This document shows positions 41,944 through 50,493 of a DNA stretch of 64,000 bases, in pieces. The number at the start of each line of letters is the position of its first letter. Position 1 is the first letter of the stretch. The notes under the pieces were generated by a model. It was not told the origin of the DNA. It searched no databases and saw only the letters and a list, made by a program, of their open reading frames with translations. A program made the translations under genes and the position numbers. Source of the stretch: Bacillota bacterium (lineage in GTDB: Bacteria; Bacillota; Dehalobacteriia; UBA4068; UBA4997); NCBI GenBank assembly GCA_036677375.1, contig JAVBWO010000024.1, positions 61,034 through 125,033 of the forward strand, written 5' to 3'.

Positions 41944-42402
41944 ATGAAGATATGGCAGGATTTTAAAGAGTTTGCCTTTAAAGGAAATGTCGTAGATCTG
42001 GCCGTTGCGGTAGTGATCGGCGCCGCTTTTGGCAAGATCGTTACTTCTCTGGTTAACGATATCATCATGCCTATCGTGAGCCTTTTAATCGGCAAAGTCA
42101 ATTTTTCCAATTTGTTTTTTGCTTTTGACGGCAAACACTACCCTACAGCAGCGGCGGCGGCGGAAGCTGGCGTCGGCGTTCTGAACTACGGATCATTCAT
42201 ACAAAACATTGTGGATTTTCTGATTATTGCCTTTTTCATCTTCCTGGCGGTCAAATTAGTGAACAGAACCAAAAAAAAGCCGGCTCCTGCACCAAAAGCG
42301 CCGCCGCCCCGTCTTTGTCCTTACTGCAAAACGGAGATCCCGAAGGAAGCGATCCGCTGCCCGCACTGCACTTCTCAATTAACGGAAACGGATATCGCAT
42401 AA
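41944..42402 (+). CDS. mscL: large-conductance mechanosensitive channel MscL with C-terminal zinc-ribbon extension
   Basis: FKEFAFKGNVVDLAVAVVIGAAFGKIV signature and two TM segments. The extra tail is CPYCKTEIPKEAIRCPHC. Confidence 0.9.
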   Translation: MKIWQDFKEFAFKGNVVDLAVAVVIGAAFGKIVTSLVNDIIMPIVSLLIGKVNFSNLFFAFDGKHYPTAAAAAEAGVGVLNYGSFIQNIVDFLIIAFFIFLAVKLVNRTKKKPAPAPKAPPPRLCPYCKTEIPKEAIRCPHCTSQLTETDIA

Positions 42403-42450
42403 AATATGGCGATAGAAGCATCATAGAAGGGCGCTTGAACGCCCTATATG

Positions 42451-42526
42451 CTGGAGTAGCTCAGTTGGTAGAGCAGCTGATTCGTAATCAGCAGGTCGGG
42501 GGTTCGAGTCCCCCCTACAGCTCCAG
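42451..42526 (+). tRNA. trnT: tRNA-Thr (anticodon CGT)
   Basis: 76-nt cloverleaf: acceptor GCTGGAG/CTACAGC (one G-A mismatch at 5:68), D arm GCTC-AGTTGGTA-GAGC, anticodon arm GCTGA-TTCGTAA-TCAGC, T arm GGGGG-TTCGAGT-CCCCC and an encoded TCCA end. Confidence 0.9.
42477..42526 (+). repeat. attL core (within the intact tRNA-Thr)
   Basis: Identical to 54559-54608. The bases just outside the repeat differ. Confidence 0.9.
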
Positions 42527-42619
42527 AAAAAAGGCCTGTTAGATGCCGTTATTCTCGGCAAACAACAGACCTTTTTTGTTTAGAAAATGGGTAAATTAAG
42601 GCATATTTTTGTATATCCA

Positions 42620-42641
42620 ACTGGACACTTACTGGACACTT
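42620..42641 (+). repeat. 2 x 11-bp direct repeat ACTGGACACTT, candidate integrase arm-type sites
   Basis: Tandem copies about 95 bp inside attL. Related TGGACAC / CTGGACA copies lie at 54504-54521, just inside attR. Confidence 0.4.
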
Positions 42642-42657
42642 TTTTATAAAATAAAAA

Positions 42658-42690
42658 AAGCCGCCCACCTTTCGATGGACGGCTTGATTT
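42658..42690 (-). terminator. terminator after the amidase gene
   Basis: gccgtccatc gaaa ggtgggcggc hairpin (G-T wobbles on the minus strand) followed by a T-run. Confidence 0.5.
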
Positions 42691-42691
42691 T

Positions 42692-43321
42692 TTATTGCAT
42701 GGCTTCTGCCAATTTAATCATTAAATCTTTTTCATATTTGTAAGCCGATAGAAACGCGATTGTTTCATCACTCAACCCGGCTTTCTTTTTGACGATTGCT
42801 TTTGCTTCGCCTAAGGTCACTTCATCATCCCCTATTAGTTTTTGTTTAAATGCTTTCCATTTGCTTTCATCTTCCACAAAAGGAGCCGGGCAATTTTTCC
42901 CGGTAACGTCATAGTGTCGGATCACGTTTGCAATCGGAACACTGTATTTGGCCATCAAGGACTTAACAAGCGTAACGGCATTGTTGACAGTAGCATCCTT
43001 AAAATAATACTTCCCTGCGCTGTCCTTTCGGCTGCACAGCTCCACGCCAAGGCTGTTATGATTGCGGCAGGTGGCATGTTTGTACGTCTTTCCTCCACAA
43101 TGCCAGGCCGTATCGCTTTCTTTAACGCTTTGATAGACTTCGTTTTCATCTGCAAAGTAGTGGGCAGAAGCTTCCAAATTAGCGTTATTAGCAAAATAAC
43201 TGGCGTTTCCCTTTGCCGTGTCTCCGTTGTTGGCTGTGTAGTGAATAACAATATATTTTATGTCATAGGCTCTGCTTGCCTTATAGTTGGTGCTATTGCA
43301 TTGCTTAAAAGTAATGTTCAA
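42692..43321 (-). CDS. N-acetylmuramoyl-L-alanine amidase (Amidase_2/PGRP type endolysin)
   Basis: IVIHYTAN ... SAHYF ... AWHCGG ... N..S.GVELC ... H.DVTGK.CP zinc-amidase pattern, plus a C-terminal helical domain. Confidence 0.85.
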   Translation of the reverse strand: MNITFKQCNSTNYKASRAYDIKYIVIHYTANNGDTAKGNASYFANNANLEASAHYFADENEVYQSVKESDTAWHCGGKTYKHATCRNHNSLGVELCSRKDSAGKYYFKDATVNNAVTLVKSLMAKYSVPIANVIRHYDVTGKNCPAPFVEDESKWKAFKQKLIGDDEVTLGEAKAIVKKKAGLSDETIAFLSAYKYEKDLMIKLAEAMQ

Positions 43322-43323
43322 TT

Positions 43324-43578
43324 CTATCCCCTCCCTTCGGCTAAGTGTTCATCTATTCGCTTGTGCGCTTGTTTTGCAGAACTTTCTACCTCGGCTACTT
43401 TACAAACAAGATTAACATATCTTTCATCGGATTTCTCCTGCTGCTTTTTTAAATCGTCAATGCCTGCCTTAATGTAGCCTATGTCGGATTTTAAACTAAA
43501 GGTATATGTCACACCATTGACCGTACCATAAACATAAATGATTGATGTGCCAAGCCAGACAGTTAGGGTTTGCGTCAT
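43324..43578 (-). CDS. hypothetical phage protein with a hydrophobic N-terminus and a coiled coil, sitting in the holin/XhlA-like position
   Basis: Tightly packed between the Ig-like gene and the amidase. No family recognised with confidence. Confidence 0.3.
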   Translation of the reverse strand: MTQTLTVWLGTSIIYVYGTVNGVTYTFSLKSDIGYIKAGIDDLKKQQEKSDERYVNLVCKVAEVESSAKQAHKRIDEHLAEGRG

Positions 43579-43582
43579 ATCA

Positions 43583-44506
43583 TCACCCCGTTACCGTTAC
43601 CGTTACCGTTAGTGTCGCGCCTGCATCGGCAGGGTTAGGAGATACCGTTACAGCTGTAATCAGCGGCGCGGAGGTGTCCAAAGTCCCCGTGCGCGTGATC
43701 TGCATCCACTCACCGGCAGAATCTGTTGAACGTATCACAATGGTATTGCTGCCCTCTGCCAAAGTAAGAGTTTTGGTGAAGTTGCCGGAGCCGTCAACCG
43801 TAACTGTCCCCTGATCTGTGCCATTAAGCGAAATGGTTACAGTGACAGGTGAGCTTGTGGCGTCGTTTGTGCTGCCCTGAACCGTCAAAGAAGATAAATT
43901 AGTAAGAAAGTCGTTAGATGGATTTGTTACATTCAAAGACGGTGCCATAGTATCAACAATGTAAGTGCGCGATACCTGTGTGGCAGCGTTACCGTCATAG
44001 TCCAATACATCAATCGTAACAGTATGGGAGCCGTCGGCCAGGGCTGAGGGCGGCGTATAGGTGCAATCGTACCCATTTGTCACGGCATTGCACACCATAC
44101 CGGAGCTGCCAGAGCCTATCACCGTGCCACCGTCCACCTTCAAGGCCAAAGTGCTTAAATCAATGCCAGAGCCGCCGCTCTCATCACGAAGTTGAAAAAT
44201 TACTGGCTGCTGACTGCTCAATACGTACGAATTTGCGCCTGGGCTGGTAATACTAATAGTCGGCTTAACGGTTTCTTTGACCCTCAATTTTAGAGCATTT
44301 CCTACCGTTGCATCGGTAGTGTCAACCGTGGTTGTGGTGCCCGCCGTATTAGTTGCCTTTACCTGCATGGCGTAAACATGATCTGTCAGATTATAAGAGG
44401 TCGTGCCAGGTGCCGTCAGGGTTCCTTCATATTTTCCCGTGCTGCCGTTATATGTAAGGCTATACCACGAACCATTTAAATAGACTTGAACTGTTGAAAT
44501 GGTCAC
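43583..44506 (-). CDS. phage tail-fibre or host-recognition-type protein with bacterial Ig-like repeats
   Basis: Thr/Ser/Val-rich beta-strand repeats (TVTIDVLDYDGN, TVTISLNGTDQGTVTVDGSGNF, TLTVTVTVTG). Confidence 0.45.
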   Translation of the reverse strand: MTISTVQVYLNGSWYSLTYNGSTGKYEGTLTAPGTTSYNLTDHVYAMQVKATNTAGTTTTVDTTDATVGNALKLRVKETVKPTISITSPGANSYVLSSQQPVIFQLRDESGGSGIDLSTLALKVDGGTVIGSGSSGMVCNAVTNGYDCTYTPPSALADGSHTVTIDVLDYDGNAATQVSRTYIVDTMAPSLNVTNPSNDFLTNLSSLTVQGSTNDATSSPVTVTISLNGTDQGTVTVDGSGNFTKTLTLAEGSNTIVIRSTDSAGEWMQITRTGTLDTSAPLITAVTVSPNPADAGATLTVTVTVTG

Positions 44507-44694
44507 GCGCTCACCTCCTTGGTTATTTTAAGATTGACCGATTGCCCGGATTTGAAAGTCCCGGCAATTTTACTTACTTTATACATTGTGATTGCCACCT
44601 CGGAAACGGAAACAGACACGGAAAAGGAATTGTTGATATTAACGGGATTAGGGGACAGTGTGACGGTGTTTATTTTCGGTTCGTAGAGGGTCAC
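44503..44694 (-). CDS. small phage protein (Ig-like strand pattern)
   Basis: Start/stop overlaps with both neighbours, indicating translational coupling. Confidence 0.3.
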   Translation of the reverse strand: MTLYEPKINTVTLSPNPVNINNSFSVSVSVSEVAITMYKVSKIAGTFKSGQSVNLKITKEVSA

Positions 44695-45668
44695 TACACC
44701 GCCCCCAATCCCTTAATCGTTCCATCAAGGCCGCTCTCATCCCAGGTGAGATTATGCTCTAAAATCATGACTTCACTATCGTCATAATCTGTTTCAAGCG
44801 TTACATTGTCCCCCGTTTCGATTGACATATCACCCCGATAACTTTCCTCAAACTTTAACCGCAAGGAGTAAAAATTGAGGGCAGCAGCGGCCACAATATC
44901 AGCCTGCGCTTTAGTCGGGATAAAAGAGGATTGTATCTCCACCATCTCGCCGCTATTATCAGCCATAGAGACAATGTTGTCATAATCTTTCAACATTTCT
45001 TTAATGCCATCCCAAGAGTAATATTTTACATTGACCGATGTAACAAGCTCCTTTTGATTGATCTTTGGCTTTTCCCAGGCGTTATCATAGTCGATACTGT
45101 TTGTTGGTGCTGCATACTGCCATTTTTTAAGGTTATATGTACCATCGCGCCCTATTTGCCAGTATCCGCAACAGGCAACCGCAAGCTGCCCCATAGCGCT
45201 TAAAAGAGTTATGTTGTCGCCTATATATTGATTCACCACAACCGATTGTAATTCTGTTTCGATGGTATATGCCTCGGACACATTGGCAAAAATGATCGCG
45301 GCGGCATCTGCTACGGTTTGCGTTCCTGTACCAGGAGCAACATAATACTGCGTGGCAAAGGCCATTGACGGCCTACAGGTTAGGCTTGCGGCATCTTCTT
45401 GACTATCATCAGGCCAACCGTACAGGTAAAAATCGCCGGTACTGACATACTCATAACCGGCGCTTGTTTTAACCCCTATCTGTGTTGTGACTTTCATCTT
45501 CTTCCGTAAAAAAGCCATTAAGCCCAAAGGGTTAATAATATCAAATTTCTTTGATGAATTGTCAAATTTGACGGTAAACTCAGGCATGGTTATTGCCGTT
45601 TCAAAAGGTTTAATTACCTCTGTAAAATCAAAAGAGTAGGTGTCGTTACCATAAGTAATTTTCTCCAT
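44694..45668 (-). CDS. phage late (tail/baseplate-region) protein, function unknown
   Basis: Intact 324-aa ORF within the coupled late gene string. No motif recognised. Confidence 0.4.
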   Translation of the reverse strand: MEKITYGNDTYSFDFTEVIKPFETAITMPEFTVKFDNSSKKFDIINPLGLMAFLRKKMKVTTQIGVKTSAGYEYVSTGDFYLYGWPDDSQEDAASLTCRPSMAFATQYYVAPGTGTQTVADAAAIIFANVSEAYTIETELQSVVVNQYIGDNITLLSAMGQLAVACCGYWQIGRDGTYNLKKWQYAAPTNSIDYDNAWEKPKINQKELVTSVNVKYYSWDGIKEMLKDYDNIVSMADNSGEMVEIQSSFIPTKAQADIVAAAALNFYSLRLKFEESYRGDMSIETGDNVTLETDYDDSEVMILEHNLTWDESGLDGTIKGLGAV

Positions 45669-45670
45669 AT

Positions 45671-45982
45671 TCAGCCTCCTATTTTGGTTTCATATATTAC
45701 TTGATAAAGCCCTTCACTCTCGACATATACCTCTGTCTTATCGTAAAACAGATCAGAAAGGGCCGTTTCCAGATTTGCCTCTGCGGCAAAGTCTTTTTCT
45801 GCGGTGTAAAGTTCAATCTGTAAATGGTTGACTTTCTGATAAACCTTGTTATCAGCGGAAATGTTATTCGAATAAGGCAACAGATAGACAATATAGGGAA
45901 GCGCGGGAGGCGTTTTGAAGTGATGATACGCAACAGGGTATCCTGTAGCAGATAACATTGTACAAACCTGTTCCGGTGTCAC
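45671..45982 (-). CDS. small phage structural-module protein (tail-completion-like), function unknown
   Basis: GTG start after AAAGGAGG. Size and position resemble head-tail joining genes. Confidence 0.3.
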   Translation of the reverse strand: MTPEQVCTMLSATGYPVAYHHFKTPPALPYIVYLLPYSNNISADNKVYQKVNHLQIELYTAEKDFAAEANLETALSDLFYDKTEVYVESEGLYQVIYETKIGG

Positions 45983-46094
45983 CTCATCGCCTCCTTTATC
46001 CTCGCTTCTAGGTCTTTTTCCATCTTTTCTTCATTAGGCCGTATATGCACCTTTGCTTCAACCCTGCCGCCGCCTGCCCTGGCATGGCCATACT

Positions 46095-46640
46095 CTAGTA
46101 AGTGGGTACTCCGGCCTTGGGCTGCGCTGGTACTGCAACAAAGGAAACCTCGTAGGCATCTTTGGGGTTCAGTAGCTTGAAATAACAGGTTTTCCCGTCA
46201 TATTCTCGCCCGTTCCAGTGCTTGCACATAGTTTCCCGATTGTTTGCCCCGCAAATAGAACAAACAACCGCACCAATGGCGCAACCGACGGAAACCTCTT
46301 TCTTGATGCCTGCGCTAATCTCGGTTATCAGGTCCTTATTGGTGTCGGTTCGTACCATGTAGCAACGGGCCACAAGCTGGGCATACGGTTCACCGTTTTT
46401 TGTGGTTCCTTCGCCCGCAACAACCTCGGTCGCATAGATTCTGGCGCATTGGTTTTCTGCCTTTGCTTGGTGGTTTGAAATAATGGTTTTTCCAACGTAT
46501 AACGCAGCCATTTTTTCAAGGCTCTCATGGGGGAAAACTTCAAAATCCCGGTCAACTTCATTATCGCAAATCGCCACCTTAAAAGTAAAAACCTCTTCGG
46601 CAGTCAGCTCCTTGATTGCATACTGATTTATTATTCCCCC
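46095..46640 (-). pseudogene. HK97-type (S78-like) prohead protease homolog with a Cys4 insertion and no canonical start codon
   Basis: DRDFEVF ... GKTIISNH ... EVSVGCAIG ... AYEVSFVAVPAQP resembles prohead protease blocks. After the GGAGGGGG RBS the in-frame codons are ATA ATA AAT, and the first in-frame ATG is 34 codons further in. Confidence 0.4.
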
Positions 46641-46644
46641 TCCT

Positions 46645-47523
46645 TCACTTCGCGGTCGTAGGCTCTGGTGCTTCTGGTGGTAACACTTCGGCCTGTGCAG
46701 CAACATCAATCGTGCCTTCCGGTGCCGTTTCCACATACTCATAGGTGCCATCCTCATGTAGCAAAGTATCGTCTTTTTCAAAGGCTTGTTGTAATTCAAT
46801 TGACATAATACCCCACTTACCGATTAGCTGCCGCAGCATGGTTTTATAGGCCATACCATCAAAGTCTTTATACCAGAAGCTAGAGTATTTCCAAAGATCG
46901 GCCTGGGGAATTTTACCAGCCAGTATCTTTTTGTAGGTTTCGGCAGAAAAGGCGGGACTGTATTTGTCGGCGTGGGCCATCATCTTGCCCCTACTCCAAT
47001 ACATAGCCTTACGGAAACCATTACGATATTCAAACATGGCATAATAACCAATCGTAGGAGCTTTTTCTCTCGCCTCTTCGTCCTCAATAATGATGGCGTC
47101 AATAATCTCGTTTAGAGGGTCAAAGTTAGTCAACTCACCTTCCTTGATAGCCAAAACATTGATTTTTTTATAGTAACCGGAGCGGATAGCAAGCTGGATA
47201 TAGCCTTTATAGCCAAGTTGGAATTGTGCCACCTTAATGCCACGCTTCTTGTCGTTATAAGGCACCATGTAATATTGCCCTAACTGCGGAGAAGGGGAAA
47301 GTTTTAATGATTCACCCAACATGGCGCAGGAAAGTATTGAACCGTAGTCACATTCTGATAAAGTCGGATTTACTGATACCGCCGATACAACCGAAGTGAT
47401 AAACCGCTGTCCGTCAGCACCGCCGATCATTTGATTGATACGGGCTTTTACACCGTCAGCCGTGAGGTAGGCACTAAAGGTCTGTTTACCTTGTGTTTTT
47501 GCAAGTTGATTTTGTACTGCCAT
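46645..47523 (-). CDS. recT: RecT-family single-strand annealing protein
   Basis: FQLGYKGYIQLAIRSGYYK block and RecT length. Confidence 0.85.
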   Translation of the reverse strand: MAVQNQLAKTQGKQTFSAYLTADGVKARINQMIGGADGQRFITSVVSAVSVNPTLSECDYGSILSCAMLGESLKLSPSPQLGQYYMVPYNDKKRGIKVAQFQLGYKGYIQLAIRSGYYKKINVLAIKEGELTNFDPLNEIIDAIIIEDEEAREKAPTIGYYAMFEYRNGFRKAMYWSRGKMMAHADKYSPAFSAETYKKILAGKIPQADLWKYSSFWYKDFDGMAYKTMLRQLIGKWGIMSIELQQAFEKDDTLLHEDGTYEYVETAPEGTIDVAAQAEVLPPEAPEPTTAK

Positions 47524-48374
47524 TATTCCGGCCTCCCAAATTTAATTTTATTGTCATACAGGAAAGTTTTAAGATCCTGTAATTGATCTTCCGTCGCCCA
47601 TACCCGGAAATCCATTTTGATTAAGTGTGGCTGTTTAGGTGCTTCTTCGTGCTGGTGAATAGGCTGCGCCACCTGCGGGATATCCTCTTGCTGTTCCGCA
47701 AGCGCCTGTGCTTCCGCTTCTGCTGCCGCCTTTTGCTTCTGGTATTCTTCCAGCCGCGCTTTTTGCTGCTCTAATCTGGTTTTTTCGTTCAAGGCTGCGG
47801 AAAGGTCAAGCGTCCGTAAATATGTGTCTTTGATCTGTAATTCAAACTCACTGTGTAAGTCGGCAATGGTCTGCAAGTCTGCCGTGGTACGTTCAATGGC
47901 CGTATCTATGGCGGCGGTAATATCCTTCATTTTCGCGGTGGTGTTCAGCCACTTTTCGCTATAGATTTTTTCAAGGGGGAGAAGCTGCGCCAGGTCGCCA
48001 ATATGCTCTGCGTAGTAGGCTTTAATCTCTGCCTTTTTCTCGTCCTTTTGCCGCTGTTCAAAGTTTTTGACCTGTGTGTCAATAGCCAAAACAGGAGCAT
48101 CAATCAGGGCAGTTAGGTCTTTGATCTTCTTTTCAAACTCTTCATACGGTGCAAGGCATTGCTTTTTAACTTCCTTGCGCTTGGCTTCAATCGCCTCTTT
48201 AAATTTGTTCAAGGTCGCCCTGTCCACCTTGGCTTCCTTGATGGTTTCCTCGGTATAGACAAGGCCGTCATACTTGGCAAGCCTGGCAATCATTTCTTGC
48301 TTGATATCCTCAAAATTGAAGCTGATTTCCTTTACAAACTGGTTTTCAGTGGGCGAATAAATAATAAGTTCCAC
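47523..48374 (-). CDS. DUF1351-like coiled-coil phage protein
   Basis: Lys/Glu-rich coiled coil of about 280 aa between the exonuclease and RecT, as commonly seen in siphophage recombination modules. Family call is from memory. Confidence 0.5.
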   Translation of the reverse strand: MELIIYSPTENQFVKEISFNFEDIKQEMIARLAKYDGLVYTEETIKEAKVDRATLNKFKEAIEAKRKEVKKQCLAPYEEFEKKIKDLTALIDAPVLAIDTQVKNFEQRQKDEKKAEIKAYYAEHIGDLAQLLPLEKIYSEKWLNTTAKMKDITAAIDTAIERTTADLQTIADLHSEFELQIKDTYLRTLDLSAALNEKTRLEQQKARLEEYQKQKAAAEAEAQALAEQQEDIPQVAQPIHQHEEAPKQPHLIKMDFRVWATEDQLQDLKTFLYDNKIKFGRPE

Positions 48375-48389
48375 GTTTTTACTCCTTTC

Positions 48390-49022
48390 TTAAATCGGAG
48401 GAAGTATCAGGTTGGGTTTCCGATCTTCCTCAACACATTTCCAAAATTCAATTTCCTTACCAAGAAGATACTTTATATCTTCCTCTACCTCGGCGCGTTC
48501 AATATAATAGTGCCTGGTGTTTAGCCTTATGTCGCCTCCGTAGTCGGTTTTAAGCTGTGCCTTTAATACTACAAACTGCCAGCCGGTAACCAAAAGCTGG
48601 TGTAATACCTGGGTATAATAATTATCAGGCAGCTTGTCCTTCCAGTTTTCGTATTGCATAGAGCGCAGTATTTCCGTTGTTTTGCCCTCATAAACCCCTT
48701 TGCGGCCCGTTTCTTTTTCCATCAGCCTGCCATCAAGAGTGGCAAAAAGGAAAGGATAATCAGGATGGTAAATCACGTCGTATGGCTTGTATGTTACTTT
48801 GTACTTAGGAAAATCTAAGGCAAACAGCTCTCTAAGCGGCTTTTCTGCTTCTATGCCGTACTTAACATAAGGCTTGCCGCTTATGTCCTCCGGCTCTCTT
48901 CGGCCTGTTTTTTCTTCCCAAAGCTCAACATTAGTTTTATAGGGATTCATGCCTACGACAGCCGAAGCGTCCGAAGCTCCTATGCCTTTTTTGCGTAGTT
49001 CAAGCCACTCCTGATGATTCAC
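48390..49022 (-). CDS. YqaJ-like (lambda Exo family) PD-(D/E)xK exonuclease
   Basis: WLELRKKGIGASDASAVVGMNPYKT..ELWEEKTG N-terminus, then the D...E.K core. Confidence 0.8.
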   Translation of the reverse strand: MNHQEWLELRKKGIGASDASAVVGMNPYKTNVELWEEKTGRREPEDISGKPYVKYGIEAEKPLRELFALDFPKYKVTYKPYDVIYHPDYPFLFATLDGRLMEKETGRKGVYEGKTTEILRSMQYENWKDKLPDNYYTQVLHQLLVTGWQFVVLKAQLKTDYGGDIRLNTRHYYIERAEVEEDIKYLLGKEIEFWKCVEEDRKPNLILPPI

Positions 49023-49076
49023 GTTGACAAAACCTCCTACTTAGTGCTACACTACAAGTGAATAAGTTTAGCTGCC

Positions 49077-49238
49077 TTAGCAGCCAGCCGTTCCTGTTCC
49101 AGCAGGGGCGGCGTTTTCTTTATGGAACATAGCTTCGATTCTCTCCCATTGCGGATACCACCACGACTTCCATTTACGGCATTTGCGAAAGCAATCGCCT
49201 TGCCCACGCTTAGCACATTGTTTACAGGGATGGGACAT
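49077..49238 (-). CDS. 53-aa Cys/Trp-rich basic micro-protein
   Basis: ATG after GGGAGGCGGTGG. Sequence is MSHPCKQCAKRGQGDCFRKCRKWKSWW... Confidence 0.35.
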   Translation of the reverse strand: MSHPCKQCAKRGQGDCFRKCRKWKSWWYPQWERIEAMFHKENAAPAGTGTAGC

Positions 49239-49253
49239 TATTCCACCGCCTCC

Positions 49254-49358
49254 CTATTTAAAAAGTGAAATCACTAAGCCAAACATTATCAGGTAAACAA
49301 ACTTCTCAAATACTGCTTGTCCGTCACGCATAAACCAGGTTTCTAAGCGGTTAAACAT
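49254..49358 (-). CDS. 34-aa micro-protein with one TM segment
   Basis: The ATG overlaps the stop of the pentapeptide gene. Sequence is [34 protein letters not shown]. Confidence 0.3.
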   Translation of the reverse strand: MFNRLETWFMRDGQAVFEKFVYLIMFGLVISLFK

Positions 49359-49911
49359 GGGAGGCCTCCGTTTCAATCGGCTCCAACTCGCCGCACTCTC
49401 CCACTCTGTGAAATTGATTAGCGAAGTCTAAAATACTATTACGAATAGCGATGTATTCAGCATCATCACACTGCATAGAGCAAAGATGATAAGCAAGCTG
49501 ACAGGCAAAGCGTTTGTCGGTTTTGACTTTTAAACTGCCACACCAAAGAGGCCAGCAGGAAAAATCAAGGTCGGCACCGCTGAGGTCGGCACCGCTGAGG
49601 TCGGCACCGCTGAGGTCGGCACCGCTGAGGTTGGCACCGCTGAGGTCGGCACGTCTGAGGTCGGCACCGCTGAGGTCGGCACCGCTGAGGTCGGCACCGC
49701 TGAGGTCGGCACCGCTGAGGTTGGCACGTCTGAGGTTGGCACGTCTGAGGTTGGCACGTCTGAGGTTGGCACCGCTGAGGTCGGCACCGCTGAGGTCAAA
49801 TTCCAATACCGCCTTTTTACATCCGGTTTTAAGTAGTTCCAAAACCTCTTCCCGGTTAAATGGTTTAGTGTGGCCGATTACTTCAAATTCACCTTTTTGA
49901 ATCTCTGTCAT
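49351..49911 (-). CDS. pentapeptide-repeat protein (about 16 A(D/N)LXX units) with a Cys-rich C-terminal domain
   Basis: [10 protein letters not shown] units are read directly. Flanked by unique 40-aa N-terminal and 70-aa C-terminal regions. Confidence 0.85.
   Translation of the reverse strand: MTEIQKGEFEVIGHTKPFNREEVLELLKTGCKKAVLEFDLSGADLSGANLRRANLRRANLRRANLSGADLSGADLSGADLSGADLRRADLSGANLSGADLSGADLSGADLSGADLDFSCWPLWCGSLKVKTDKRFACQLAYHLCSMQCDDAEYIAIRNSILDFANQFHRVGECGELEPIETEASHV
49567..49797. repeat. 15-bp tandem repeat array (about 15.4 units, four sequence variants)
   Basis: gaggtcggcaccgct, with variants differing only at c/t and cc/gt positions. Encodes the pentapeptide repeats. Confidence 0.95.
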
Positions 49912-49916
49912 TTATC

Positions 49917-50330
49917 TTATCTCCTTTCAATCTCTTCACATGCTTTTTGCTCTCTCAGCCGTTTGCCATGACCCTTTAGACAGCCGCCCTCTTGCATCAC
50001 CAAGGGTTTACTCTCGTCTGCTGCAAAACACCGCCAGGAGCGACAAGAGCCGCATTTCGGGTCACTGTAGACGGCTTTATAGACCGCTACGCTTCTCTGT
50101 GTCTGCTCGTCCCATTTCACGCCAACCGCTTCCACAAGTCCCATTCTCACCAGTTCGTTCAATCTCGGCTGCACGGCGTTACGTTCTGTAAATCCCAACG
50201 CCCGGGCGATTTCTATTGCTGTGGCCTCCTTCCCATCTAATAAGTAGTCAAGGATCATGCTTTGCCGCTTGCCAAGTTGCGGCAACATAGCTTCAAAAGA
50301 CTGTCTCCGTGTTTCTTGCGTAAAACCCAC
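49917..50330 (-). CDS. winged-helix (MarR/ArsR-like) DNA-binding protein with a Cys-rich C-terminus
   Basis: ILDYLLDGKEATAIEIARALGFTERNAVQPRLNELVRMGLV wHTH pattern. GTG start after GAGGAGGTGG. Confidence 0.5.
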   Translation of the reverse strand: MGFTQETRRQSFEAMLPQLGKRQSMILDYLLDGKEATAIEIARALGFTERNAVQPRLNELVRMGLVEAVGVKWDEQTQRSVAVYKAVYSDPKCGSCRSWRCFAADESKPLVMQEGGCLKGHGKRLREQKACEEIERR

Positions 50331-50493
50331 GATCCACCTCCTCAAACATCGTTATTGCTTTTTCAATGGCCTGACATTGTTTGGCTCTTAACTCCGTTTG
50401 CTCATGGCTGGTGCTTGTCCCGATACCGAAAAACACTTCGTTCTTTAGCCCGATTAGAAGGTTGGCGTATTCGGTGTTGGATAGGTTAGACAT
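50293..50493 (-). CDS. hypothetical early phage protein (66 aa)
   Basis: Coupled ATG and stop with both neighbours. Confidence 0.35.
   Translation of the reverse strand: MSNLSNTEYANLLIGLKNEVFFGIGTSTSHEQTELRAKQCQAIEKAITMFEEVDRGFYARNTETVF

Noticed and set aside
46641-46799. N-terminal 53 codons of the track ORF 46095-46799
   Set aside because: This part overlaps the recT coding end in another frame and is basic, nonsense-like sequence. Only the part after the recT stop resembles a protease.
49514-49900. Long ORFs on the plus strand (128 aa, SAPLR repeats) and a second minus frame (49530-49799, VPTSA repeats) across the pentapeptide gene
   Set aside because: These are artefacts of the 15-bp tandem repeat, which keeps several frames open. 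Only the 49351-49911 frame has a unique N- and C-terminus, an RBS context and a recognisable A(D/N)LXX register.
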